A DNA stretch of 64,000 nt from Candidatus Latescibacterota bacterium. Its GTDB lineage: Bacteria; Latescibacterota; UBA2968; UBA8231. The position numbers and the translations under genes are program-made. Below the pieces are notes generated by a model. That model was not told the origin of the DNA. It was given only the letters and a program-made list of their open reading frames with translations, and searched no databases. The stretch is taken from contig OZ220090.1 in NCBI GenBank assembly GCA_964291625.2, positions 896,001 through 960,000 of the forward strand. The letters are read 5' to 3'. Shown here in pieces: positions 48,868 to 61,295 of this stretch (within the stretch, counting starts at the first letter, position 1; each line of letters begins with the position of its first letter).

Positions 48868-49776
48868 ATGCGCTACGACCCGGAGAACCGCACCTTCGAC
48901 TGCGACCCCACCCTGAACGACTCCCAGGTCCTCGAGTTCTGCCGCGAGGGCTACCTGATGCTCCACGGCGCCGTCCCCGACGAGATCAACGAGCGCACCT
49001 GCCGGTACCTGAACGGCGAGATCCCCGTCAGTCCGTCGTGGTTGCCGGAGGGTGTGACCATCGCGGAGGTCGAGCGCATGCGCGAGACCCACGAGCCGAG
49101 CGGGATCCTGCTCGAGGACTGGTTCGTCGAGCACGTGCTGCTGAACCCGGCCCTGGCCGGGGCCATGCGCTCCCTCCTCGGCGCCCATACGGGGCTGCCC
49201 GTGCTGGTGAGCAACCACCGGGTCGAGTGTCCCGCCGAGGCCCAGGGCTGGCACCACGACGCCGACCGGGTCTTCGGCCCGGAGCTGGAGTTCGCCGAGG
49301 TCTTCTACTTCCCCCAGGACACGCCGCCGGAGCTGGGGCCCACCGAGATCGCCCCCCGCACCCACATCTCCCGCAGCGACGGCGACTTCACCGGCGAGAG
49401 CGTCCTCGCCGGAGGGCCCGCCGGCACCCTCGGCATCCACCACCAGAGCATCCTGCACCGCCGCGGCGCCTCCACCGCCTCGGGGGTGCGCCACATGCTC
49501 AAGTACAACTACTGGCGCACCTCGCCCCCCTGCCGCGACTGGATCGAGGACCCGGCCTTCGACCCGCGCACCGCCTGGTACGGCGGCCACGCCCACTGCC
49601 AGTACGTGGCCCACATGCTCTGGTGGCTGCAGGGCCGGGGGGACGAGTACCGCATCCTCGGGGGCCAGGGCTGGCCCTTCCGCACCCCGAACCAGATCGG
49701 CCCGTCCTACGGGTACGGACGGCCGGACGGGTACCAGCCCGACTGGCGCCGGAACCCGGACGGGTACTCGCGCTGA
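48868..49776 (+). CDS. PhyH-like Fe(II)/2OG dioxygenase
   Basis: FCREGY, WHHDAD, FPQDTPPELGPTEIAPRTH, ILHRRG, RHMLKY. Confidence 0.75.
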   Translation: MRYDPENRTFDCDPTLNDSQVLEFCREGYLMLHGAVPDEINERTCRYLNGEIPVSPSWLPEGVTIAEVERMRETHEPSGILLEDWFVEHVLLNPALAGAMRSLLGAHTGLPVLVSNHRVECPAEAQGWHHDADRVFGPELEFAEVFYFPQDTPPELGPTEIAPRTHISRSDGDFTGESVLAGGPAGTLGIHHQSILHRRGASTASGVRHMLKYNYWRTSPPCRDWIEDPAFDPRTAWYGGHAHCQYVAHMLWWLQGRGDEYRILGGQGWPFRTPNQIGPSYGYGRPDGYQPDWRRNPDGYSR

Positions 49777-49913
49777 GGCTGGACAATCCCGCGCCTCTGC
49801 GCGACAACTCTTCCCCAGCCGGGTAACTCGACACGGAGACCCCGGGGCGTCCCGAACTGACGACTCCGGGGCTGTGTCTACGAGATCAGGCGCCGTGGCA
49901 CGAGCGGCGCTCC

Positions 49914-52900
49914 CTACCGGATCAGGGCGATCTTGCCGACGCGGACCTGGCCGCCGGCGATCAGCCGGTAGAGATAGAGGCCGGAGGCCGCCGGCCGGCC
50001 GTGCTCGTCGATGCCGTACCATTCCCGGGCGTGCCGCCCGGCCTCCAGGATCTCGCCTCCCACCAGCTCGGCCACGACCTGGCCGGCCACGTTGTAGACG
50101 GTCAGGGTCACCGGGCCCGCCTCCGGCAGCTGGAAGTGCAGGGTGGTGCTCGGGTTGAAGGGGTTGGGCGCAGGCCGACCGCCAAGGAGCCGGCCGGCCC
50201 CAGTCCGTCCATCCCGCCGACGGCCACCGGCTTGGCGACGACCACCACTTCGTCTTCGCCGGGCTCGGGGACCTCGCCCTCGGGCATCAGTTCGTCCTCG
50301 GTCTCTTCGTGGACCCCCCGGGCTCCTCCGGAGGCGCCGGGACCCAGGGCCGACGCCGAGACCTGGGCGGTGGTGCCGTAGCCGACAGCGTTACGGGCCC
50401 GCACGTGGAAGACGTACGAGGCGCCGTCGTCGAAGTTGCTCCACGACTTGCTGCGGGCGTCGGCCCCGCCGGCGCGGCGGTACCAGCCGCGCCAGTTCTC
50501 GTCCCCGGTCTTCTTGTAGCGGTAGTAGTAGTGCAGGACGGGCGAGCCATTGGCCGGCGCCGCGCCCCAGGTCAGCTCCATGAATCCGTTGCCGCCCTGC
50601 CGGTCGGTGGCCAGGTTCGTCGGCGCCCCGGGCAAGGTGGCCGGCGTCGCCGAGGCGCTGGAGGCGGCCCCGTCGCCGACGCTGTTGTGGCCCCGCACCT
50701 CGAAGGCGTACGACGTGCCGTTGGTCAGCCCGGTCACCGTCGTGTCGCGGGCGCTGCCGGCGCCGGGCACGGCCGTCCAGCCCGCGCCCGCGCGGCGGAT
50801 GTCATAGCGGTCGACGGCGGCGCCCCGGCCGTCGGCCGCCCCCCAGGAGAGGGCGACCTGCGCGTTGCCGCGCACGGCGCGGAAGCTTGGCGGCGCCTTG
50901 GGCGTGTTCGCCCGCACGACGCCGGACCGGCCGGCCGCGCTCTTGCCCGAGCCGTGGTTGTCCGTGTAGCTGACCGACGCCTCCAGACGCTTGCCGACAT
51001 CGGAAGCCGGCACGGTGTAGCGGTACGACTGCACCGAGGAGGCCTGGCCGGCGGCGCCGCTTTCGGTACTCCAGGACCAGGTCGGCCCGGTGATGCCTCC
51101 GTCCTCGTCGGTGAGGGTGGCCGTGACATGCTCTCCCACCTTGGGACGGCCGCGATCCAGGGTGACGACCCCCGGGTCGTCGGCGTTGGTCACCGTCACC
51201 GTCACCGGACGACTCGCCGACGCCGACCCGTCGGTGACCTGCACGGTCACGCTGTAGGAACTCTTGGCCTCGAAGTTGGGCGCACTGTTGAATCTCAGCG
51301 ATCGGGACGACCCGGTACCGGACAGCTCGCGGAAGTCACTGGCGTCGGTCCCCGCCCGCGACCACGTGAGCGGGAGCGTCGCATCGCAGGCGCTCGAACG
51401 CGTGACCCTGTAGGTGCCCACCGATCCGGTGCCGTTCTCGGCGTAGTTCACATCGGTCGAGCCCGACAGAGACAGGACACAGGGCACCGGGGTCCCGTCG
51501 ATGCCCGCCGCCAGGCTCCGGCCGGCGCCGTTGGCGGCCCGGATCTCGAAGCGGTAGGGCACGTCGTTGTCGAGCCCCGGAACCGTCACCGACGTACCCG
51601 CCGCGCCCCCGCTGTCCTCCCACGCCGTCTGCGACTTTTTCCGGTACCAATACCGATACCCCGTGATCGTCGAGCCGCAGTTGTCCGGGGCTCTCCAGGA
51701 CAGCGAGACCCGCCGGTCGGCCCCCGTCGATCTCAGACCGGTCGGCGTTCGCGGGGTGTTGGCGGCCACCGCCGCCGAGGTCAGGGTGGCCGTATTCCGG
51801 TCCGAGGCCCGATCCCCGTACCTCACGGTCACCCGCAGGGTCTTCCCCACGCTCGAATTGGCCGGCAGGTAGCTCCGGGTCGTGGAGGTCCCGGCCGAAC
51901 CGCTGGCCGCCGCGACCTGCGGCTCCCACTCCCATCCGTAGGTGAAAGTCGGCGGAGTCGTCGGAGATGCGGAAGCCTCCGTATTGATCCCGGCGTCCTC
52001 GTCCTTGAGGGTGGCGTTCACATGGGCGCACGTCATCGGCGTGGATGGGGACAGGGTGATCGTGCCCGCCTCGGGCCGGTTGGTCACCGTCACCGTCACC
52101 GGCTTGCTCGAGGACGCCTCCGGCGAGCCGTCGTCGGTGGCCACGACCGTGACCTTGTAGCTGTTGTCGGTGTCCGCATCGTCGGCCGACTCGAAGTTTG
52201 GTATCGAGCCGAAGCGCAAAGCGCCGCTGTCGGAGGGATCCTGGAAGTCGGCGGCGTCCGCGCCCAAGAGACTCCAGGTGACGCTGTCCTCTTCCGGGTC
52301 GGTGGCGGTGTAGCTGGCCACCGTAGCCGTGGTGGGGGTGTTCTCGGGCACCGACTTGCTGGACGGCCCCGTGATCACCGGCGGCTCGTTGACGTCGGTC
52401 ACCCGCACCGACCTCGGGAAAGTGCCCGCGCTGCCGGACGGATCGCTCACCCGGATCGTGACGGAATAGATGCGCTTCGCCTCGTAGTTGGGCGCCGAGA
52501 CGAAGTGCAGGGACCTCTGGTTGGGGTGCCCGGTCACAGCGCGCAGCTCCTTGAAGCTGCTGGCGTCCGAGCCCGTCCGGCTCCACGTCAGAGGGCCGCA
52601 GAGGGAACTGGCCGACGCCTCGTACACCCCGACCGTGGGCGTCGAGTTCTCCGGTACGTCCGTCTTTGAGACTTCCGAGACCGTGATCACGCATTCCGGG
52701 TCCGCCTCCGGCGTGGCCGAGGCCGGGCTCGAGGCCGGCCCTTCGCCCACCGGATTGACGGCCCGCACCTCGAAGGTGTACCCGGTGCCGTTGTCCAGCC
52801 CCGTGACGGGGTGGCTCGTGGCATCGCCGGCGATCGGCGGGGTCTCGGGCCACGCCGACCAGGTGGACCCGGCCGTGTGGGCGCTGTCCCGGTAGGCATA

Positions 52901-55900
52901 CCCGGTGATCCACGCCCCGTTGCTGTCGGCCGCGGTCCAGCGCAGGGTCACCCGGCCGTCGCCGGCCGTCGCCTGCAGAGACCCAGGCGCCCCCGGCACG
53001 TTGGCCCGCACCGCCGCCGTGGTGTCGCTGACCGCCCGGTCCGGACCATGCCCGTCGGTATAGGTGACCTTGGCCAGCAGGCGCTGGCCCTTGACCCGGT
53101 CCTCCACCGTGTAGCGCTGGCTCTGCGCCGGGGCCTGCCTCCGCTGCCGGGTGGACGACGCGCCGTCCAGCTCTTCCCAGCTCCAGCGGTCGTTGGTCAC
53201 GCCTTGGTCCGGGTCGGTCAGGGTGGCCGTCAGGTGCATGCCCACCCTCGGCTCCATCGTGTTCAGGGTCACCCGCCCCGCCTCCGGCGCGTTGGTCACC
53301 GCCACCGTCATGTCGTGGGAAGCCGAGGCCGCCGGCTCCCCGTCGTCTTTGACCGTGAGCGTCACCTCGTAGAAGTTGTCCTCGTCCGCGTCGTCCGGCG
53401 CCTCGAAGTCGGGCGCCGTCTCGAAGTAGAGGGTGTCCCCCCGCACCTTGAACAACCCGACATCGGCCCCCGCGTGCGACCAGGCGATGGCCTGGCCTTC
53501 CGGGTCCGTGGCCGACAGCGTGGCCACCGAGTCGGTGCGGTGTTCGGCGAACCACACCGTGTCAGGTTCCGTGATCACCGGGGGCCGGTTGCCGCGGTTG
53601 CCCTGCGGCGTCGCCCGGACACTGTCCGCCCGGCCGTAGCCCTCGCCATTGTGGGCCCACACCTGGAACACGTACTCGATGTCGTTGTCCAGAGCCGTCA
53701 CCGTCGTGTCCCGGGCGCTGCCCCCGCCCGGGACCGCCGACGAGTCGCGGCCGGCCCAGTTCGGGCCGCTGCGGTAGCGCAACTCGTAGCGGTCGATGGC
53801 CGAACCGTGGGCCGCCGCCGCCGTCCAGGTCAGCTCCACCTGCCCGTCGCCCGCCTCGGCCTGCAGGTCGCCTGGAGGGCCCGGCACGTTGGCCCGCACC
53901 GCCGCCGTGGTGTCGCTGACCGCCTGGTCCGGACCATGCCCGTCGGTATAGGTGACCTTGGCCAGCAGGCGCCGGCCCTTGACCCGGTCCTCCACCGTGT
54001 AGCGCTGGCTCTGCGCCGGGGCCCGCGTCCGCTGCCGGGCGGACGAGGCGCCGTCCAGCTCCTCCCAGCTCCAGCGGTCGTGGGCCACGCCTTGGTCCGG
54101 GTCGGTCAGGGTGGCCGTCAGGTGCATGCCCACCCTCGGCTCCATCGTGTTCAGGGTCACCCGGCCCGCCTCCGGCGCGTTGGTCACCGCCACCGTCATG
54201 GCGTGGGAGGCCGAGGCCGCCGGCTCCCCGTCGTCGGTGGCCGTGAGCGTCACCTGGTAGAAGTTGTCCTCGTCCGCGTCCGCCGGCGCCTCGAAGTCGG
54301 GCGCCCTGAAGGCGGGCGTCATCTTGAAGGAAAGGGTGTCCCCCCGCACCTTGAACAACCCGACATCGGCCCCCGCGTGCGACCAGGCGACGGCGTCGTC
54401 TTCCGGGTCGGAGGCCGACAGCGTGGCCACCGAGTCGGTCCGGTTTCGGCGAACCACACCGTGTCCGGCGCCGTGATCACCGGGGGCCGGTTGCCCCGGT
54501 TGCCCTGCGGCGTCGCCTCCTTCTCGGCCGGGGTCCCGAGGTTCACCCGGTTCCGGGCGGCCACCCGAAACCCATACGGCGTGCCGTTGCTCAGCTCGGT
54601 GATCGTCGTGTCCCGCGCTGTCGAATCCCCCGGCACCACCGACCAGGTCACGTCCGACCAGTCCACCTCGGCCCCCGAGTGGCTCTTGGGGGCATACTGA
54701 ACCTCGTAGGCGGTGATCGGTGCGCCGTTGGAGTCGGCCGCGGTCCAACTCAACGCCAACTGCCCGTCGCCGGGCTCCGCCGTGAAGTCCCCCGGCGCCC
54801 GAGGCGCCCCCGCCGGCGTGACCGTCGTGTCCACCGACGCCCCCGCCGCCGCCCCGGTGTAGGCCCGCACCTCGAAGGTGTGGGCCACCCCGTTGCTCAG
54901 TTCCTGGGGCAGATAGCGAGTCCAGCCCTTCAGGAAATCGAACCAGGCCGTCGTGTCCCCGGGGACGATCTCGCGGTAGTGATAACCCAGCAGAGGCGAC
55001 CCGCCTGTCGTCCCCGCCGCCGCCCAGGTCAACAATACCTGTCCGTCGCCAGCCTCCGCTTTGAAATTCCGCGGCGCCGACGGCCCCACCGGGATGTCCG
55101 TCGACCAGGCCCCCGCCGGGCGCGACCGCACCCGGTACCGGTAGCGGTACTTCACGTCCAGGGGGTGGCGCTCCGTGGACGGGGTGTGCTGGAAAGTGAC
55201 TCTCATGTCGGCCGACGGCAGGCTCTCGTTGGCCAGCGTGGCCAGCCAGGCATACTCCGACCATCCGGACGTCCCTCTGACCAATTGCCGCTGGAACTCC
55301 AGCCGGTACCCGGCCGCGGCCGGGACCGCCTTCCAACGGACCTCGATCCCTTCGGCGCTTGCGTGAGCGCTCCCCTCTTTCGGGGCCGCAACCGGCGGCG
55401 GCAGCTTGGCGAAGCCGTGGCCCCAGGTGTTGTCCGGACTAGAGTGACGATCTGCCTTGGACTTCAGGTAATCGGCGATCTTCTTCGGGGTATCGTGGAT
55501 GTCGCCCAGCTCCTGGATCACCAGCGCCGCCAGACCCGCCACCCGGGGGGCGGCGATGCTCGTGCCCGACTCACCGCTCTCCAGGCCGCCGACGAGGTCA
55601 GGCTTGATGCGGCCGTCGGGTGTGGGCTCGGGGGCGGGGCCTCGGGCGCTGTAGGCCTTGATTCCAGGGGGATCGGACAGGTCGGCGGCCCCCACGGCCA
55701 GCATGCCCGTATTGGCGCTCTCCGCGGGATTGCCGATGCTGCCGGTCATACTGGCGTCCTGCCAGGGATCGGATCGACCCGAGAAATCTTGCAGTTGAAC
55801 CCATCCGGGAGAGCTGCCACGGAGTCTCCTCACACTCAACCAGTATTGGCCCGCCGACCAGATGGGGGACTCGGTATCCATTAGAATCTCCATCGGAACG

Positions 55901-57558
55901 GCACGATCTCCGGTCTGGGAGCCCGTTGCACTCCCAGCCAATCGCAGCCCCGATCCGGGTACATTGTGATACAGGAAGAGATCCAGATTGATCGCCGGGC
56001 CCGTCCAGGCGTCCTTCCAGCGCAACGCGAATCGGGGACCAGACGCATTCACGCGGATAGGGAGGCTGACTGTTGGTCCAGGAAACACCAGGTACCCGTC
56101 CGAGTCGAAGTTGGGTGAGTTCGAATACCAGGTGCGCTGAGCATCATTGCCCGCCGCGTTGACCCAGACGATCCCGGAGTTCACGGCGGTATCCACCAGC
56201 TTCAGGGGGCTGGCCATATTGGGCGACGTCCCATCTCCAGGTCCGTCCCAATGATTGTTGACCGAGTAATTGATCACCTGTACCCCATTCCGGATCATCC
56301 AATCAAGAGCCTGATTATTCTGAACTTGTCCCATTGTCTTGTGCGTCTTCGATATGTACAACTCCACATTGGGCGCAATGTCCAGAAGCGCTCGTGTGAC
56401 ACCTGTGCCATGTGGGTCCTCTCCGCAATCCCCAAGACCCGTGGAGTCAGCAACCGTATCTTCCTCGTTCGCATAGCAGTAGGTATGGTACGACGGGTTC
56501 AGGTCCTCCAACGCCTCCATCAGGTCGCCGAAGCCATGGAAGCCAATGTCGAGGACACCCACCTTGATGCCGTCACCCCGGATCCCGGCGGTGCGCCAGG
56601 CCGTGGCCCCGTGCGCCGTCGAGGCCGTCGTTGACGACGACCCCTCGGACCGGCTATGCTGGGGGACGGCCTCCAACACCTCCCGGAGACGGATCACACC
56701 GGGCTGTTCCGACAGACGCACGAGGAGCGACACCGGCACGCGGGCCCAGAGAAGTCCTTGCACGCCATCCCCGCCATCGCTCCGCCAGGTGTTCGAGGCG
56801 ATGCCCCGGCCCTTGAGAAAGCGGGCTACCGTGTCGACGCTGTCCCGACTGTTCGTTTGTATCCTCACCGGAACGGTTGGGGTCGACCCTGGCCCGCCCT
56901 GACCGCTGACCGCCGACTGCCCCCCCGGGGACGAGGCCTGGTAGCCCTCGACACGGCTGTTGAGGGAGGACCCGAGCTCGGGATACTGGAGAGGCCGGGG
57001 CAGATCGTGCACGCTGAGGCCGGTCAGACCCGACAGCGATGACGCGTCTCGAAGCGGGTTGAAGGCGAGATACAGATCAGCGAGGTCGGTCAGACCCGAC
57101 AGCGACGACACGTCCGCGACCTCGTTGACCTGGAGGTTCAGAAAGGTCAGGTCCGTCAGACCCGACAAGGGCGTCACGTCCGCCACCGAGTTGCCCGCCA
57201 GGTGCAGCCACGTCAAGCCGGTCAGCCCTGACAGCGGCGACAGGTCGGAGACGTCATTGCGGTTGGACCAGGGCAATTGCTCGGGCCTCGGCCCAAGGTG
57301 CAGCCGGGTCAGCCCGGTGGCGTGCTCCAGGCCGGTCAGGTCGACGATGCCCGCGTCCGGTGCTTCCAAGGTGGTCAGCTCCGCCAGGGAGGCCGCGGGG
57401 ATCGGGTCGCCCGACGACAGGCCGAGGCTGTCCTCCAGCACCGCCCGCAGGGCGGCGTCCGGGACGGTGACTTCGTCTGCAGGGTCGTCCTGCGCCCACC
57501 CGGCCGGCAGGCCCGTCCAGGTCAGCCCGAGGGCCAACAGAATCGCAAAGCAATGCAT
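49914..57558 (-). CDS. Giant secreted LRR, propeptide, S8 subtilase, FN3/cadherin repeat and FlgD-tail protein, with two frameshifts (~54445 and ~50180)
   Basis: Signal peptide, internalin-like LRR, catalytic triad VGVLDIG / PHGTGV / GTSIAAPRVAG, FN3 and cadherin (PDFE, PNYEAK) repeats. Tail PNPFNPST...VYNVAGQ...W.G.DE.GRPAASGLYLY lies in another frame. ORFs 54319..57594, 50108..55336 and 49914..50111 join up. Confidence 0.82.
52992..54516. repeat. Intragenic direct repeat of ~620 bp (about 52992-53612 and 53880-54516)
   Basis: Near-identical DNA encoding QGNRGNRPPVIT...SDTTAAVRANVPG twice. Confidence 0.85.
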
Positions 57559-57612
57559 GGTCTTCCTCTTCGGATGCATGTTGTGGATTCTCAACGGCAG
57601 CTGCTCCCCGCC

Positions 57613-58755
57613 CTACGGGAAGAGGCTCTTGATCGCGCCCCAGGACGATGCTTCCACTCCGGTGCCAGGAAGGTCGGAACCACACCCGTCCTGGCCACCC
57701 GCACCGGAATCACCGCTTTCGCCTCCAGTTGACGTGGCAGGAACCGACTCCAGTATCGTCTCGACGCGAGCCACGGAGGGCAGTTCGGACAAAGGCACCA
57801 GCAGCGGGATGGGTACACAGGCCCAGACCGTGTTGCGCACCCAGTCGGCGTCTTCGCTGCTGCGACGGCCGATGTGCACTCTGGTGATACAGTGGTCCTC
57901 CAGGAAACGGACGGCTCGGTCGATGCTGCTCTCTTCCGTGCCCAACAGAATACCCACGGGGACTGAATGGGGGGGCTTCGACGGGTCCCAGCTGTAGAAA
58001 TCCGGCTTTGACGGGTCCCAGTCGTCGGAAGTCGGAAATCGCGAGACGCAGCGACCTGGATCGATTTCGTCCGTCGTCCGGCCCCACCGGAGCGCCTCCT
58101 TGTAGCTATAGACAAGACCGTTCAAGGAACTATCCAGCTTCGGCCACAGGTTGGGACCCGCGAAAATGGGATAGATCCACAGCGTTCCCGTTCCCGTCCG
58201 CGGCAGCCAATCGTCCAACTCCAACGTCGGGATGAGATTGTACCCCATATGCAACTCCCTGAGCCTGGTCAGGCCCGACAGCGACCTCAGGTCCGAGATC
58301 CTGTTTACTTCCACGTTCAGCGACCTCAGGTTGACCAGGCCCGACAGGGGCGTCACGTCCTCCACCGAGTTGCCCGCCAGGTCCAGCCAGGTGAGGCCGG
58401 TCAGTCCCGACAGCGGCGACAGGTCGGAGACGGCGTTGGTGTTGGTCCAGGGGTCTCCGTTGGTGTTGGTCCAGGGGTCTCTCGTGATGGCCCCCGGCCC
58501 CAGGTCCAGCCGGGTCAGCCCGGTGGCGTGCTCCAGCCCGGTCAGGTCGACGATGCCCAAATCGGGCGCCTCCAGAACGATCAGCTTCGCCAAGGAGGAC
58601 GCCGTGATCGAGTCGCCCGCCGCCAGACCGAGGCTGTCCTCCAGCACCGCCCGCAGGGCGGCGTCGGGCACCGTCACCTCGGCCGGGGAGTCGTCCTGCG
58701 CCCAAGCGGCCGGCAGGGCCGTCAAGATCGTCAGGAGACAGATGCGGATACGCAT
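57613..58755 (-). CDS. Secreted LRR protein, type A (WDPSKP), SWGAIK tail
   Basis: Signal peptide, VPDAALRAVLEDSLGL cap, LRRs, C-terminal VEASSWGAIKSLFP. GGAGG RBS. Confidence 0.85.
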   Translation of the reverse strand: MRIRICLLTILTALPAAWAQDDSPAEVTVPDAALRAVLEDSLGLAAGDSITASSLAKLIVLEAPDLGIVDLTGLEHATGLTRLDLGPGAITRDPWTNTNGDPWTNTNAVSDLSPLSGLTGLTWLDLAGNSVEDVTPLSGLVNLRSLNVEVNRISDLRSLSGLTRLRELHMGYNLIPTLELDDWLPRTGTGTLWIYPIFAGPNLWPKLDSSLNGLVYSYKEALRWGRTTDEIDPGRCVSRFPTSDDWDPSKPDFYSWDPSKPPHSVPVGILLGTEESSIDRAVRFLEDHCITRVHIGRRSSEDADWVRNTVWACVPIPLLVPLSELPSVARVETILESVPATSTGGESGDSGAGGQDGCGSDLPGTGVEASSWGAIKSLFP

Positions 58756-60146
58756 GGGATCATCCTCCCGGGGCAAGGACAGTCGTGGGACCCACTTGCC
58801 GGGCCCTTGAATGGTGCGTCACAAGCAAGACCATCGCCGCGCTCCCCTACCGGATGAGGCCCAGCTTGCCGAATGTACAGCTCCACGTCCGGGGCGATGT
58901 CGAGCAGGGCTTGCGTCACATTCGTGCCATGCTCGTTCCTCAAGCGTACACCTTCCATGGCTCCGCAGTTGGCAAGACTCGCGTTGTTCCCGTCGAATGC
59001 CTGAGCATCCGGGCCCGAAAAGCAGTAGGTATGCCACGACGTACTCTGCTTGCCGAGTTGCGTCATCCGCGCTTGGAAGTCATCGAAGCCGCCGACATCG
59101 ATCACACCCACCTTGATACCGGCGCCACGGATCCCGGCCTCGCGCCACGCGGTGGCCCCGTGCGCCGGGGCGGCCGTGATCGTCGACGGCGTCGACGGCG
59201 GCGTCCCGGATCCGCCCTGGTGAGGGATGGCCTCCAGCACTTCCCTGACACTGATCACCCCCGGCTGCTCCGACAGACGCACCAGAAGCCGCAAGGGCAC
59301 ATGGGCCCAGAGAAGTCCCTGCACGCCGCTTCCTCCATCGCTCCGCCAGGTGTCCGAGGAGATACCCTGGCCATCGAGAAAGCGGGCGACCGTATCGACG
59401 CTGTCCCGGCTGTTCGTGCGGATTCTCACCGGGACAACGGAGTCCGACCCTTGGTGACCCTGGCCCCGGGCGGACCTTCCCTCGGATGACGAGCCCTCGC
59501 TCTCCCCCACCTGACGGCTGAGCGAGGAACCCAACTTGGGATGCCGGGGAGGCCGGGGGAGGTCATACACGGTGACGTCGGTCAGGCCCGACAGCGACGA
59601 CGCATCCTGCAAAGGATTGAAGGCGAGATACAGATCGGTGAGGCCGGTCAGACCGGACAGCGAGTCAGCGTCCGTAATTTCGTTGACCTGGAGGTTCAGA
59701 AAGGTCAGACCGGTCAGGCCCGACAGGGGCGTCACGTCCGCCACCGAGTTGCCCGCCAGGTGCAGCCACGTCAGACCGGTCAGGCCGGACAACGGCGACA
59801 GGTCGGAGATGGCGTTGCGGTTGGCCCAAGGGTCCCCCGTGTCGACCGGCCCCAGGTTCAGCCGCGTCAGCCCGGTGGCCGAGTCCAGCCCGGTCAGGTC
59901 GACGATGCCCTTGTCCGGCGCCTCCAGGGCGGTCAGCTTCGACAGCGAGGCCGCAGTTATGGGCTCGCCCGCCGACAGGCCGAGGCTGTCCTCCAGCACC
60001 GCACGAAGAGAGGCGTCCGGGACCGTCACCTCGTCCTGGGATTCGCTTTGCGCCCAACTGGCCGGCAGGCCGGTCAAGCTCAGCCCAAGAGTCACCACAA
60101 TCCAGAAAGCGTGCATGATCTTCGTATGCTGATTCATCATCTTCAT
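58731..60146 (-). pseudogene. Truncated paralog of the LRR-subtilase
   Basis: LRR, propeptide, VGVIDVG and EHGTNVTQALLDIAPDVELYI, then homology breaks at ~58870. Catalytic Ser region is absent. Confidence 0.75.
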
Positions 60147-61256
60147 CTATAGCGGGTGAGGGTGGGCAATTCGGTCCGGCCTACCGGAAAACGGTCCTTG
60201 AGCGCGCCCCAGGACGCCCCTCCGACCGAGGAGATATCAGGGGGAGCGTCCCCGGAGGGGTAGACGGAATTGTGCACGTACTCGATCAGTGCGACCTGGG
60301 ACAGTTCGGACAAGGGCTCCACCAGGGGCAGGGGCAAGCAAGCCCAGACGTGGTGGGAGTAGCGGGGGGGGGCCGTGGATGAGGAAGCGAGTGATGCCGT
60401 GGTCCTCGAGCCAGCGGACGATCACGTCGACGCTCTCCTGCGTCTCTGGATCTACGAAAATGTCCGTGGCGAGCGAGGGGGCCGGCTTCGAGAAGTCCCA
60501 AGGAGGGAATCTTGTGACGCAGGGCCCCTCGGGATCGACCCGGTCCGTCACCCAGCCCAAGCGGAGCGCGTTCTTGTATTCATGGACCGCGTTTTCGCAA
60601 CGGCCGGACAGCTTGGGATTCAGTCGGACACGGGGGAGAATCCAGCGCCCGGAGAAAATCAGATAGGTTGTTCCTGCCACCCGCGCCATGCGATCCTCCG
60701 GCAAGGGCCACTCGTACAGAATCGGGTTGAAAGCGACAAACAGATCCCTGAGCTTTCTCAGGCCGGACAACGACGAGAAATCCGAGATGTAGTTGACTTC
60801 CAGGTTCAGCCACCTCAGCTCGCTCAGGCCGGCCAGCGGCGTCACGTCCGCCACCGAGTTGCCCGCCAGGTCCAGCCAGGTCAGAGCGGCCAAACCTGAC
60901 AGCGGCGACAGGTCGGAGACGGCGTTGGTGTTGGCCCAGGGATCCGCCATGGCCCCCGGCCCCAGGTTCAGCCGCGTCAGCCCGGTGGCCGAGGCCAATC
61001 CGGTCAGGTCGACGATGCCCTTGTCCGTGGCCTCCAGCGCGGTCAGCGTCGCCAGCTCGGACGCAGTGATCGGATCGCCCGCCGACAGGCCGAGGCTGTC
61101 CTCCAGCATCGCACGAAGAGAGGCGTCCGGGACCGTCACCTCGTCCTGGGATTCAGGTTGCGCCCACCCCGGCGCCAAGCCTGTCAAGGTCAGCCCAAGG
61201 GTCACGGCAATCCAGAAAGCGAGCATGGTCGTCGTATGCTGATTCATCATCTTCAT
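60143..61256 (-). CDS. Secreted LRR protein, type B, frameshifted at a G9 tract (60364-60372)
   Basis: Near-identical to 61296..62336. With C8 or C11 it reads HGPPRYSHHVWACLPLPLVEPLSEL...SWGALKDRF. Confidence 0.78.
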
Positions 61257-61295
61257 TCTTCATCAGAGTGGGTGAGGGAGTAGACGGGGTCCGGC

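Noticed and set aside
49835-49880. GC-rich inverted repeat between convergent genes as a terminator
   Set aside because: The stem is imperfect and has no U-tract on either strand, too weak to call.
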